A stretch of 20,083 bases of DNA, from positions 1-20,083 of the forward strand of contig JAXMNT010000079.1 of assembly GCA_034670305.1 (NCBI GenBank). Reading direction: 5' to 3'. Both the position numbers and the translations under genes were made by a program. This stretch comes from Deltaproteobacteria bacterium (lineage in GTDB: Bacteria > Myxococcota_A > Polyangia > Polyangiales > Houyiibacteriaceae). Shown here piece after piece: positions 8,186 through 18,161 of the stretch. The stretch's first letter is position 1. Every line of letters begins with the position of its first letter. The notes beneath the pieces are model-generated. The model made no database searches. It saw only the letters and a list, made by a program, of their open reading frames with translations, and was not told the origin of the DNA.

Positions 8186-8946
8186 GGAGGTGGTCTACCA
8201 AGCCCGGCGGATTGTCGGAAGCCCTCCAGCGCACACGCGACCAACGGCTCCACCGAACCGAGGTCCCCGAGCGTCGCACGCAGGCCTGGGCGCCACGTGT
8301 GCAGCGCCTCGGTTGCAGCCGCCGTGTCGAGACCGCCGTCGAAGAGCAGCGCGGCCGCCGCCGCACCACAGGCCGCCTCCTGAGCGACGAGCACTTCCGG
8401 CACGATCCGGTCGTCGGCCCCGACCACGAGCGCGTGGCCCACGTCCCCCGACCCCAGCGCGCGCGCGGCCGCGGCCAGCGCCTGCGCACCCGAGGTCGGT
8501 CCACCGAACGTCGCAACGTCGCCGCTCAACTCGAGCTCTGCCCCCAACAAGGACTGAAGCCCGGTCGGCAGGTATCGGAGCATCCACAGCGGGTGCATGC
8601 GTCCGAGTCCGTGCGCGTGGGGCGCGTCGTGTGCGCTCCGTTGGTGCTCCATCGCCTTGAGGAGCGTGGGCCAGTCCGCACGCAGCGGATGGGTGGCGAC
8701 GTACAGACCCGTGCGCGGAGGCATCGGCGACGCGCGGTGGAGCGAGCGCGCTTCGGCCAGCGCGTGCTGGTCGATCGAGCTCAAGAACCGCCACGACCTC
8801 GGCGCGTCGGGCCGTGCGGACACCGGAGCGACGCGCGGCCGGTACATCGGATGAGGCCGCAAAAGAGAGCGGCCGGAACGCACCGCATCACAGGTCGACT
8901 CGAGGTCGCCCGCGGCCGTCACGATCGACGCGGCGATCCACTTCAT
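8182..8946 (-). CDS. Ketosynthase-like non-catalytic partner (chain-length-factor-like), short (254 aa)
   Basis: KS N-terminal-like fold (RTGLYVAT, HPLWMLRYLP, SGAQALAAAARAL, ALVVGAD) with no catalytic Cys or His motifs. The ATG at 8946 overlaps the KS stop. Confidence 0.75.
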   Translation of the reverse strand: MKWIAASIVTAAGDLESTCDAVRSGRSLLRPHPMYRPRVAPVSARPDAPRSWRFLSSIDQHALAEARSLHRASPMPPRTGLYVATHPLRADWPTLLKAMEHQRSAHDAPHAHGLGRMHPLWMLRYLPTGLQSLLGAELELSGDVATFGGPTSGAQALAAAARALGSGDVGHALVVGADDRIVPEVLVAQEAACGAAAAALLFDGGLDTAAATEALHTWRPGLRATLGDLGSVEPLVACALEGFRQSAGLGRPPP

Positions 8947-10163
8947 CGGCTGGTCCCGAGCAGCACCGACGCGTTCTGTCCCCCGAACCCGAACGCATTG
9001 CAGAGCACCCGCCGCAGCGGTGTCTCTTGCGGCGCCTGCACCAGATTCAGTGGACCGATCTCGTGATCGACGGTCTCGAGCCCCGCGGTGCCTGGGACGA
9101 GCCCTTCGCGAAGCGCGAGCAGACACGCGGCGATTTCGATCGCGCCACTCGCCGCCATGGCGTGGCCGATGGCCCCCTTGATGGACGACACCAACGCCGC
9201 CTCGCCCACCGCCCGACGGATGGCCGTGGCCTCGGCCACATCGTTGAGTGGTGTGCCGGTGCCGTGTGCGTTGACGTAGTCGACCGAGGACCCGTCGTGA
9301 TCGCGCAACGCAACGCGCATCGCGGCCTCGGCGTAGCGGCCCTCGGGGTGGGGCGCGCTCGGCCGGTAGGCGTCCTGGGTGACGCCGCCCCCGAGGACAT
9401 GGGCCCACACGGTCGCGCCGCGGGCGCGCGCCGAGCGCTCGGACTCGACCAAGAACATCGCGGCGCCCTCCCCCATCACGAGCCCATCGCGGCGGGCATC
9501 GAACGGACGGCACACGCCGGACGCGGAGAGTGTGCCGAGACGCAGCATGCCGCCGAGTCCCATCGGGTCGATCATGGAATCCGCTGCGCCACACAGGACG
9601 CGTTCGGCGCGACCGGACCGAACCCAGCGCGCGGCACGCAAGAGCGCGATCACACCACCCGCGCAGGCATTCGAGGACGCGAACGCGGGGCCTTCGTGGC
9701 CGAGGGCCTCGCATACGGCGCGCACCGGGGCGTCCACGCTCCCTCGGAGAAGAAGCGGTGGCGTGGCACCGGCGGCACGCTCGAAGTCGACTCCGGTTCC
9801 GTCCCAGAGCGGGTCGAAGGCCGGCAGCATCGCGCGCTCCACGCCACACGCGATGAGGATGGCGTCGTGGGCGGCGAGCGCGGTCGGGCCGGGCGCCGAA
9901 CCCGACGTCGCGTCCGCATCCAGCATCGAATCCGGCGACGATGCCGATGCAAGACACTCGCGCGCCGCGGAGAGGGCGAAGTCGATCCGGCGGTCGGGAC
10001 CTGGGGATCCGTCGGGGACCTCCGCGACGCAGGGTACGCCGAGCGCTTCGTTCAGCGGTCCGGATCGGGTCGCCACCCGGTGCGCGCGCAAGCCGTCCTC
10101 CAGCACCGCGAGACCGGATCCAAACGCGCTGACGACCCCCACGCCGGTGACGACGACGTTCAT
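8943..10163 (-). CDS. Beta-ketoacyl-ACP synthase (FabF/KS-alpha-like), catalytic triad intact
   Basis: VVVTGVGVVS, SNACAGG (Cys), NAHGTGT (His), KGAIGHAM (His) and NAFGFGG. The ATG at 10163 overlaps the upstream stop. Confidence 0.93.
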   Translation of the reverse strand: MNVVVTGVGVVSAFGSGLAVLEDGLRAHRVATRSGPLNEALGVPCVAEVPDGSPGPDRRIDFALSAARECLASASSPDSMLDADATSGSAPGPTALAAHDAILIACGVERAMLPAFDPLWDGTGVDFERAAGATPPLLLRGSVDAPVRAVCEALGHEGPAFASSNACAGGVIALLRAARWVRSGRAERVLCGAADSMIDPMGLGGMLRLGTLSASGVCRPFDARRDGLVMGEGAAMFLVESERSARARGATVWAHVLGGGVTQDAYRPSAPHPEGRYAEAAMRVALRDHDGSSVDYVNAHGTGTPLNDVAEATAIRRAVGEAALVSSIKGAIGHAMAASGAIEIAACLLALREGLVPGTAGLETVDHEIGPLNLVQAPQETPLRRVLCNAFGFGGQNASVLLGTSR

Positions 10164-11152
10164 CGGAGCCGCTCGATCCGCACGTGGCCCCACGCGCCCG
10201 ACGCCGCGTCCCGGGTTCGAATGGTGGCGACGCCGGAGACGTCGAGGCGCGCCAGCGCGAGACACCACGCGAGGGCAGGCGACGCCGCGAGCGTCGCACC
10301 GAACACAGCCTGCGCGTCCACGTCGGCGACGCGCGGCGGAAGGGTGGACCGGGGTGCGTCGACCACGAACAGATCATCCGGAGGAACCGGCTCGGATCCA
10401 TCGCACAGGCGCGCCTCGAGGAGCCGGCCGATCGGCCGCTCCGCCACCGAACGGAGCCGGAGGAACGCAGCGCCCTCCGACAGCCAGCCGAGGTCGGCCA
10501 CCGAGGCCTCGCGCGTCCGTTCGATTCGCGTGATCGGATGGTGTCCGGTGTCCGCGCCACCGATGAACGCCTCGGGTGCTCCGTCTTCGAGCGCGTCGCA
10601 CGCGTCGGCGAGCGCCATCACCGTGCCGAGCCCGCGCGAGAAGGTCGCCTCCCCCGGTCCATGCACGCTGGCTTCGATCGCGGCGTGGCAGAGCGTGAAG
10701 CTCGGAAGGCTCTGGAAGGTGCGGAGCGGATTGAACGACCGGAGTCCACGTCGACGGAAAGCCGGGAGCGAGAAGGCGCCGTCCACCCGGCTGGAGCCGA
10801 CCACCCGATCGAGTTCGGCGCGTTCCACCCCGGAGGCCCCGACCCCGACGAAAAGCGCGGCGCTTGGATCTGCGGGCTCGGCTTGCAACATGAGCCGAAT
10901 CGCAGCGACCGACAGCGCCGCCGCACGACTCACTGCTTTGGCACCGCGGCCGTCCACGCGCAGGTCCTCTGGCAGGTCGATGGGTGCGGGGTCTCGCGCG
11001 ATCGGCAGCGCCCTCGCGAGTCGTCCGAGCGCGACGGTGTTGTCCCTGAGAATGTGGTCTACCGGATCCGCCGCGACCCGGGCCGGTCCCGCGCTCCCGT
11101 CGCAGAAGATGGCTGGCACCGAGACCCCCGAAGCCGAGACGATGAAGGTCAC
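10160..11152 (-). CDS. Ketosynthase-like non-catalytic partner (chain-length-factor-like), 330 aa
   Basis: KS-like segments (AALFVGVG, NPLRTFQSLP, MALADACDAL, IGGAD, SEGAAFL, FGATLAAS). TFSRGLG sits where the catalytic Cys would be and there is no HGT motif. The GTG at 11152 overlaps the KS stop. Confidence 0.78.
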   Translation of the reverse strand: MTFIVSASGVSVPAIFCDGSAGPARVAADPVDHILRDNTVALGRLARALPIARDPAPIDLPEDLRVDGRGAKAVSRAAALSVAAIRLMLQAEPADPSAALFVGVGASGVERAELDRVVGSSRVDGAFSLPAFRRRGLRSFNPLRTFQSLPSFTLCHAAIEASVHGPGEATFSRGLGTVMALADACDALEDGAPEAFIGGADTGHHPITRIERTREASVADLGWLSEGAAFLRLRSVAERPIGRLLEARLCDGSEPVPPDDLFVVDAPRSTLPPRVADVDAQAVFGATLAASPALAWCLALARLDVSGVATIRTRDAASGAWGHVRIERLR

Positions 11153-12375
11153 GACACCCGCTCCACCCGCACCGAGACGTTGCCGCCCCCGAAGCCGAAC
11201 GCGTTCACGAGGGCGGCCTGCACGGATGCGTCCCGCGTCTCGCGCAGATGCCATCCCGGACAACCCGCGTCGGCTTGCTCGAATCCAACGGTCGGGAACT
11301 GTCGCCCGCGCGCGGTTCCCCCAGACGACACCGCTTCGATGGCGCAGAGCAATCCAACGGCGCCCGCCCCTGCGATCCAATGACCGAGCGCACCCTTCAC
11401 CGAACCGATCGGCACATCGTCCCCGAAGAGCCGATAGAGCGCCCGCGCTTCGGACGAGTCCCCTTTCGCGGTGGCCGTGCCATGGGCTTGCACGTACTGA
11501 ACAGGCTGCCCTCCAAGCGCGGTGCGCATCGTGGCTTCGGCCACCACTCCGTCTGGGTCGGGATCGGTCAGGTGGTGGGCGTCGAGGCCGCGGCCCCACC
11601 CGGCCACGCGGACAGGAGTCGATGGCCCACGCGTGCCCCCGAGCACGACGCACGCCGCGCCTTCCCCGAGCACGAACCCATCGCGGCGACGGTCGAAGGG
11701 GCGCGCGACTCCGGAGGGACTCAGCGCGCCGAGCCGATCGAATGCACCGAAGAGGAGCGGGTCGAGCCCGGCCCCCACCCCCCCACAGATCGCAGCGTCG
11801 CATTCCCCGGCCGCGATCGATCGAACGCCTTCCACCACCGCGGCGAGTCCACTGGCGCACGCCATCGCGGGCGCGCCGACCGGCCCATCGAACCCGAAGC
11901 GGGCGGCCACGGCGGCCGCCGGTCGAAGTTCGTCTGAGTGTTGCGCGCGCTGCATCACCGCTTCGCCCTCGCGCGCGAACGCCTCGTGGTCGAACGTGCG
12001 GCCGCCGCCCGCAGCTCGGCTGAGGTCGAATGCGAACGGGTAGCGCGCGAACCCGGACTCCGCGCCGATGAACACCCCTACCCGCTGGGTATCGAGCCCC
12101 GCTTGCGCCCACGCTTCTGTGGCCGCGAGCCACGTCATCGCCACCCGGGGTTCCAGCATGGCGCCGTCCTCGGGCGGACGTTCGCTGTTTCTGCGCTGCA
12201 CTTCCGCGGAGACTGTCTTGCTGCACACCGGCGCCCCGGTCTGACAGTCGAACCCTCGGACATCGAAGCGCTCGACCCGCGACACACCCGTGGCCCCGGC
12301 GGCGAGCCGGTCGGCGGTCGTCGTCCAGTCCGGACCGAGCGCCGACACACACCCGACCCCGCGAACCCAGGTCAC
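11149..12375 (-). CDS. Beta-ketoacyl-ACP synthase (FabF/KS-alpha-like), catalytic triad intact
   Basis: GVGCVSALG, MACASG (Cys), PFDRRRDGFVLGEG, QAHGTAT, KGALGHW and NAFGFGG. The GTG at 12375 overlaps the dehydratase stop. Confidence 0.92.
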   Translation of the reverse strand: MTWVRGVGCVSALGPDWTTTADRLAAGATGVSRVERFDVRGFDCQTGAPVCSKTVSAEVQRRNSERPPEDGAMLEPRVAMTWLAATEAWAQAGLDTQRVGVFIGAESGFARYPFAFDLSRAAGGGRTFDHEAFAREGEAVMQRAQHSDELRPAAAVAARFGFDGPVGAPAMACASGLAAVVEGVRSIAAGECDAAICGGVGAGLDPLLFGAFDRLGALSPSGVARPFDRRRDGFVLGEGAACVVLGGTRGPSTPVRVAGWGRGLDAHHLTDPDPDGVVAEATMRTALGGQPVQYVQAHGTATAKGDSSEARALYRLFGDDVPIGSVKGALGHWIAGAGAVGLLCAIEAVSSGGTARGRQFPTVGFEQADAGCPGWHLRETRDASVQAALVNAFGFGGGNVSVRVERVS

Positions 12376-12839
12376 CGCCCCGCGCGCTCCAGGCCGTGCA
12401 GCCAGACTTCTCGGCGGCGACGGTGGGCTTCGAGAAGCGCGTCCGCATGGCCAGTCTCGAACACGAACGTCAACGTGGCGCAGACGACCTCGACGCCGTC
12501 CACCTGCCCGCGGCAGACCACCCGGGCGCGCTCGGCGTTCCCTTTGCCCGCCGCTTCCAGCACCAGTCGATCGCCCGGCCGGACGGGTGCGGAGAAACGC
12601 GCCGCGTCGACGCCGACCAGGACCGCCAACGCCGCCCGTTCGCCGCCCGCCGCAGCGGCGTCCTCTTCTGCGAGCAGTCCACTGAGTTGCGCGAGCGTCT
12701 CGATCAGGAGCGCGCCGGGATAGAGGGGCGCACCCACGAAGTGATCCGCGAAGACATCCTCGCTCGCGCTCACGCACTTGAGCCCCCGCGCGAAGCCGGG
12801 GCCGAGTTCTGTCACACGGTCGAGCAAGACGTATCGCAC
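12372..12839 (-). CDS. 3-hydroxyacyl-ACP dehydratase, FabZ-like hotdog fold
   Basis: LLDRV, KCVSASE, DHFVGAPLYPGALLIETLAQ (catalytic His/Glu) and RFSAPVRPGD. Confidence 0.92.
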   Translation of the reverse strand: MRYVLLDRVTELGPGFARGLKCVSASEDVFADHFVGAPLYPGALLIETLAQLSGLLAEEDAAAAGGERAALAVLVGVDAARFSAPVRPGDRLVLEAAGKGNAERARVVCRGQVDGVEVVCATLTFVFETGHADALLEAHRRRREVWLHGLERAGR

Positions 12840-12937
12840 GCAGCTTCTCTACTACACACCGCGACTTTGTGCGGGGGTTCGATGGGTCCGGGTCCTGCCT
12901 CTTCCGCGCCGGCCGGTTTCTCGGTACTCCTGCGCGC
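12840..12937. promoter_or_regulatory. Divergent promoter region of the two cluster operons
   Basis: 98-bp non-coding gap between head-to-head genes. No promoter boxes could be confidently identified. Confidence 0.45.
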
Positions 12938-14650
12938 ATGGACTGCTGCGAAACCGACGCGAGCCCGCGCCCCGACCGACCCCACACGTTTCTGCTGCAT
13001 GCCCTGTCGACATGCACCCACTGCGGAGAGACCCGCGAAGGGCGCGTGGTGCGGCGGGGGTCGACCATCCACACGCTCGTCTATTGCGCCGAGTGCAAGA
13101 AGCAGTCGGAGCACGACACCCACCCCGACGCGGATGCCTACTTGGCGGAGCTCGTCGCGCGCGCCCCATCCGAACCACAGGCCGAGGAGGTCGAGTTCAA
13201 ACGCACCACCTCCACCTGTCCCTCGTGTCTCGCGCTCGTCGAAGCCAAGGTGGTGATTCGCGACGGCCAGGTCTTCTTTCGCAAACACTGCACGGCCTGC
13301 GACGAGACCACCCAAGCGATGGTCTCCGAAGACGCGGACTACTACGTGAAGGCCTACACCTTCGCGGCCGCGGGGACCGAGCCACTCCACTTCGGCGCGC
13401 CGGTGGAGCACGGCTGCCCGACCGATTGCGGCACCTGCAACGACCACGAGCAGCACACCTGCCTTCCGATCATCGAGGTCACCGACCACTGCAACCTCGA
13501 GTGCCCGATCTGCATCGTGGACAACCAGTACTCCTGGCACATGCCGGTCGAAGAGTTCCGCACCATCATCGATCAGCTCGTGCGCGCCGAAGGCCAGCTG
13601 GAATCGGTCGCGATCAGCGGCGGCGAGCCGACCAGCCACCCGCAGATTCTCGACCTGCTCGAAGCCGCCGACAGGCCAGAGATCGGCCGGGTGTTTCTGA
13701 TCACCAACGGGCTCCGGCTCGGCAAGGACCGGGCGTTCGCGGAGGCGATCAAAGCGCGTGGAAGCTACGTCGGACTCCAACTGGATGGGTTCGACGCCGA
13801 GACCCACGAGATCGTGCGCGGCCGGGACCTGACCGCGGAGAAGGGGCGTGCGCTGGCGGTGCTCGAAGAACTCGACATCCCCACGCAGATCATCTTCGTC
13901 GCGGTGAAGGGCGTGAACGACCACCAGATCGGCGACGCGGTGAAGCTCTTCCTCGAGAAGGATTTCATCCTCTCCCTCAACTTCCAGCCGGTCGCCCACA
14001 CGGGCCAGGGCGGTGGCAAGTTCACCCACGACCCGATGGACCGGTTGACGATCCCCGGGGTCATCCGCGCGATGGAGGCGCAGTCCGACGGCGCGCTGCG
14101 CACCTCCGATTTCCATCCCCTGCCGTGCTCGCACCCGCAGTGCGTCTCGCTCACGTACTTGTTGCGGCTCGAGGACGGACGCCACGTGCCCTTCCCGCGT
14201 TTCGTCGACTACACGAAACACAGTGAGCTGCTTCGAAGCAGCGCGACCCTGCCGGCGACCTCGCAGATCCACGACGCGATGCTCGAGGTCATTCACGATG
14301 TGTTCGCGAACGAAGACGACGTAGAGGACGGCGAAGCGATCCTCGGCGCACTGCGGCAGAGCGTGAAGGCGATGTTCCCGACGCGGCCGATGACCGAGCG
14401 CGAGAAAGTGCGGATCGGCGAGGCCCACGCGAAGTCGATCTTCCTGCACGCCTACATGGACCGGCACGACTTCGACCTCGAGCGGCTCCGCAAGTGTTGC
14501 CACCACTACGCGCAGCCGGACGGCCGCGTGATGCCAGCCTGCGGGTTCAACATGTTCCACCGGGGCGCGGCCAAAGGCACCGGCACGACGCGAGCAACGT
14601 GGGCGAAAGATCCCTTCTCGGGCAAACCGCAGTTGCCGGTCGTCTCGTGA
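12938..14650 (+). CDS. Radical SAM protein of the tetraether synthase (Tes/GDGT-MAS, MJ0619-like) family with a tandem N-terminal rubredoxin-like module
   Basis: TTSTCPSC-x20-CTAC rubredoxin-like module, GCPTDCGTCNDH auxiliary-cluster motif, VTDHCNLECPIC radical SAM motif, SGGEPT, TNG, CSHPQC and C-terminal YMD..DFDLERLRKCCHHYAQPDGRVMPACGFN. This order matches my recollection of the Tes family. Confidence 0.88.
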   Translation: MDCCETDASPRPDRPHTFLLHALSTCTHCGETREGRVVRRGSTIHTLVYCAECKKQSEHDTHPDADAYLAELVARAPSEPQAEEVEFKRTTSTCPSCLALVEAKVVIRDGQVFFRKHCTACDETTQAMVSEDADYYVKAYTFAAAGTEPLHFGAPVEHGCPTDCGTCNDHEQHTCLPIIEVTDHCNLECPICIVDNQYSWHMPVEEFRTIIDQLVRAEGQLESVAISGGEPTSHPQILDLLEAADRPEIGRVFLITNGLRLGKDRAFAEAIKARGSYVGLQLDGFDAETHEIVRGRDLTAEKGRALAVLEELDIPTQIIFVAVKGVNDHQIGDAVKLFLEKDFILSLNFQPVAHTGQGGGKFTHDPMDRLTIPGVIRAMEAQSDGALRTSDFHPLPCSHPQCVSLTYLLRLEDGRHVPFPRFVDYTKHSELLRSSATLPATSQIHDAMLEVIHDVFANEDDVEDGEAILGALRQSVKAMFPTRPMTEREKVRIGEAHAKSIFLHAYMDRHDFDLERLRKCCHHYAQPDGRVMPACGFNMFHRGAAKGTGTTRATWAKDPFSGKPQLPVVS

Positions 14651-15387
14651 CGCTGCTGCAGGGCCGCATGGCGCTCGTGACCGGCGGGTCGCGCGGACTC
14701 GGTCGCGCGCTCTGTGAGGTCTTCGCGCGCGAGGGCGCCGACGTGGCGTTCAACTACGCGAGCGACGACGAGGGCGCGCTCGAGACCACGCGGCGCATCG
14801 AAGCGCACGACCAGAGGGCGTTTCCGAAGAAGGTCTCGGTGACCGATCGCGCGGGTCTGCGGGCGTGGGTGAAGGAACTGGAATCCAGCGATGTGGCGAT
14901 CGACATTCTCGTGAACAACGCGGGCATCGGGGAGGTGTTGCCACTCGCGCTGATGGAGGAGTCCGACTGGGACCAGATGATGAACGTGCACGTCAAAGGT
15001 GCGTTCTTGACGAGCCAAGCGGTGCTGCGCGGCATGATCCGCCGGCGCCGCGGGACCATTCTCAACGTCACCTCGCTCGCCGGCGTGCGCATGATGAAAG
15101 CGCCAGTGCATTACTGCACCGCCAAGGCCGCACTCCGTGGGTTCACCGAGTCCCTCGCGAAAGAGATCGGACACTACGGCATCACGGTGAACGCGATCGC
15201 CCCGGGACTGCTGGACGAAGGCGTCGGCGATCAGGTGCCGGCCGAGAAGCGCGCCGAGTACCTCACGTTCTGCGCGCTCGAGCGGCTCGGCACGAGCGCA
15301 GAAGTCGCGGAGACGGCGGCCTTCCTCGTCTCCTCGCGCAACACCTACATGAACGGCGCAACCGTGGTGCTCGACGGCGGCGTCTGA
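14647..15387 (+). CDS. fabG: 3-oxoacyl-ACP reductase (FabG-like SDR)
   Basis: VTGGSRGLG, LVNNAGI, VTS, YCTAK, VNAIAPG and LDGG. The GTG at 14647 overlaps the radical SAM stop (GTGA). Probably a cluster-dedicated paralog. Confidence 0.88.
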   Translation: MTLLQGRMALVTGGSRGLGRALCEVFAREGADVAFNYASDDEGALETTRRIEAHDQRAFPKKVSVTDRAGLRAWVKELESSDVAIDILVNNAGIGEVLPLALMEESDWDQMMNVHVKGAFLTSQAVLRGMIRRRRGTILNVTSLAGVRMMKAPVHYCTAKAALRGFTESLAKEIGHYGITVNAIAPGLLDEGVGDQVPAEKRAEYLTFCALERLGTSAEVAETAAFLVSSRNTYMNGATVVLDGGV

Positions 15388-15388
15388 G

Positions 15389-16258
15389 GTGCGTCGCGCC
15401 CTCCGGTTCGGGGTCTACCCAGCAAGCGTGGCGGCGGTGCTCTTCGGGACCCACCACCTCGTGCGCGCCGGCGTGCACCCGGCGATCGTGCTCGGCGTGG
15501 GCGGCCTGGTGTTCGTCGTCTTCCTGGCCTTCTTGGAACGCGTCGCGCCGTTCGAACCGACGTGGGCCGAAGCCCGCAACGACGTGCGCACGGACATCGC
15601 GCACGGCGTGCTGACGTGGAGTCTGATGCCCGCGCTGCTCGAGCCCTGGCTCGTGGCCGGCCTGGGAGCACTCGCCGCCCATCTCTCGAACCACGGGGCG
15701 CTCTGGCCGGCGACGATCCTGCCCGAACCGCTCGGGTGGCTCGAACTCCCCACCCAGGTGGTGCTCGCAGCGCTCGTGAGTGAGTTCGGAACCTACGGTC
15801 TGCACCGCGCCATGCACCGCGTCCCCTGGCTGTGGCGGCTGCATCGCGTGCACCACTCCCCGTCCCGCTTGTACTGGCTCAACGGGGCTCGGTTTCATCC
15901 GCTGGACCTCGCGCTCTCCCTTGTCGTGCAGCTGTCTCCGCTGGTGCTGCTCGGGACCCCATCTCACGTGATCCTCCTCTTCACCGCCTGGACCAGCATG
16001 AACGCGTTCTTTCGACACTCGAATGTGCACGTCTCGCTCGGCTGGCTGAACTACGTCGTCTCCATGGCGGAGGTGCACCGCGTGCACCACGAACCGTCTC
16101 GCCGTGCCTACAACTACGGCGCCCTGCTCTCCGTTTGGGATCTCGTGTTCCGAACCTTCAGGTTTCCGGCGGAGCCCGTGCGTGCGGTCGGTTTGCCGGA
16201 GACCGACCGCGTCAGTCCGACCTACCTCGGACAGCTCTGGGGTCCCTTCCAGCACTGA
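15389..16258 (+). CDS. Membrane di-iron fatty acid hydroxylase / sterol desaturase family protein
   Basis: Hydrophobic segments plus His boxes HRAMH, HRVHH, FRHSN and HRVHH, and NYG...WDLVF. Confidence 0.9.
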   Translation: MRRALRFGVYPASVAAVLFGTHHLVRAGVHPAIVLGVGGLVFVVFLAFLERVAPFEPTWAEARNDVRTDIAHGVLTWSLMPALLEPWLVAGLGALAAHLSNHGALWPATILPEPLGWLELPTQVVLAALVSEFGTYGLHRAMHRVPWLWRLHRVHHSPSRLYWLNGARFHPLDLALSLVVQLSPLVLLGTPSHVILLFTAWTSMNAFFRHSNVHVSLGWLNYVVSMAEVHRVHHEPSRRAYNYGALLSVWDLVFRTFRFPAEPVRAVGLPETDRVSPTYLGQLWGPFQH

Positions 16259-16267
16259 TCTTCGCGA

Positions 16268-16289
16268 GGTTCGGCGGTTCGCCGGAACC
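16268..16289. terminator. Hairpin between convergent genes (possible terminator)
   Basis: ggttcggcg-gtt-cgccggaacc stem with one bulge and no U-tract. Confidence 0.3.
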
Positions 16290-16310
16290 GTCCGCGGGTC
16301 GGCCGGTGCC

Positions 16311-18149
<1,839 letters not shown>

Positions 18150-18161
18150 AGGCGGAGTGTA

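Noticed and set aside
8814-12023. 1069-aa + strand ORF, and similar long ORFs at 5917-8031, 4349-6052 and 12812-14560
   Set aside because: Shadow frames overlapping well-supported genes on the opposite strand, with no motifs of their own.
8182-13074. Apparent large 792-, 762- and 641-aa proteins (possible fused PKS)
   Set aside because: Their N-terminal parts are off-frame overlaps with upstream genes. True starts at 8946, 11152 and 12375 are marked by 4-bp overlaps.
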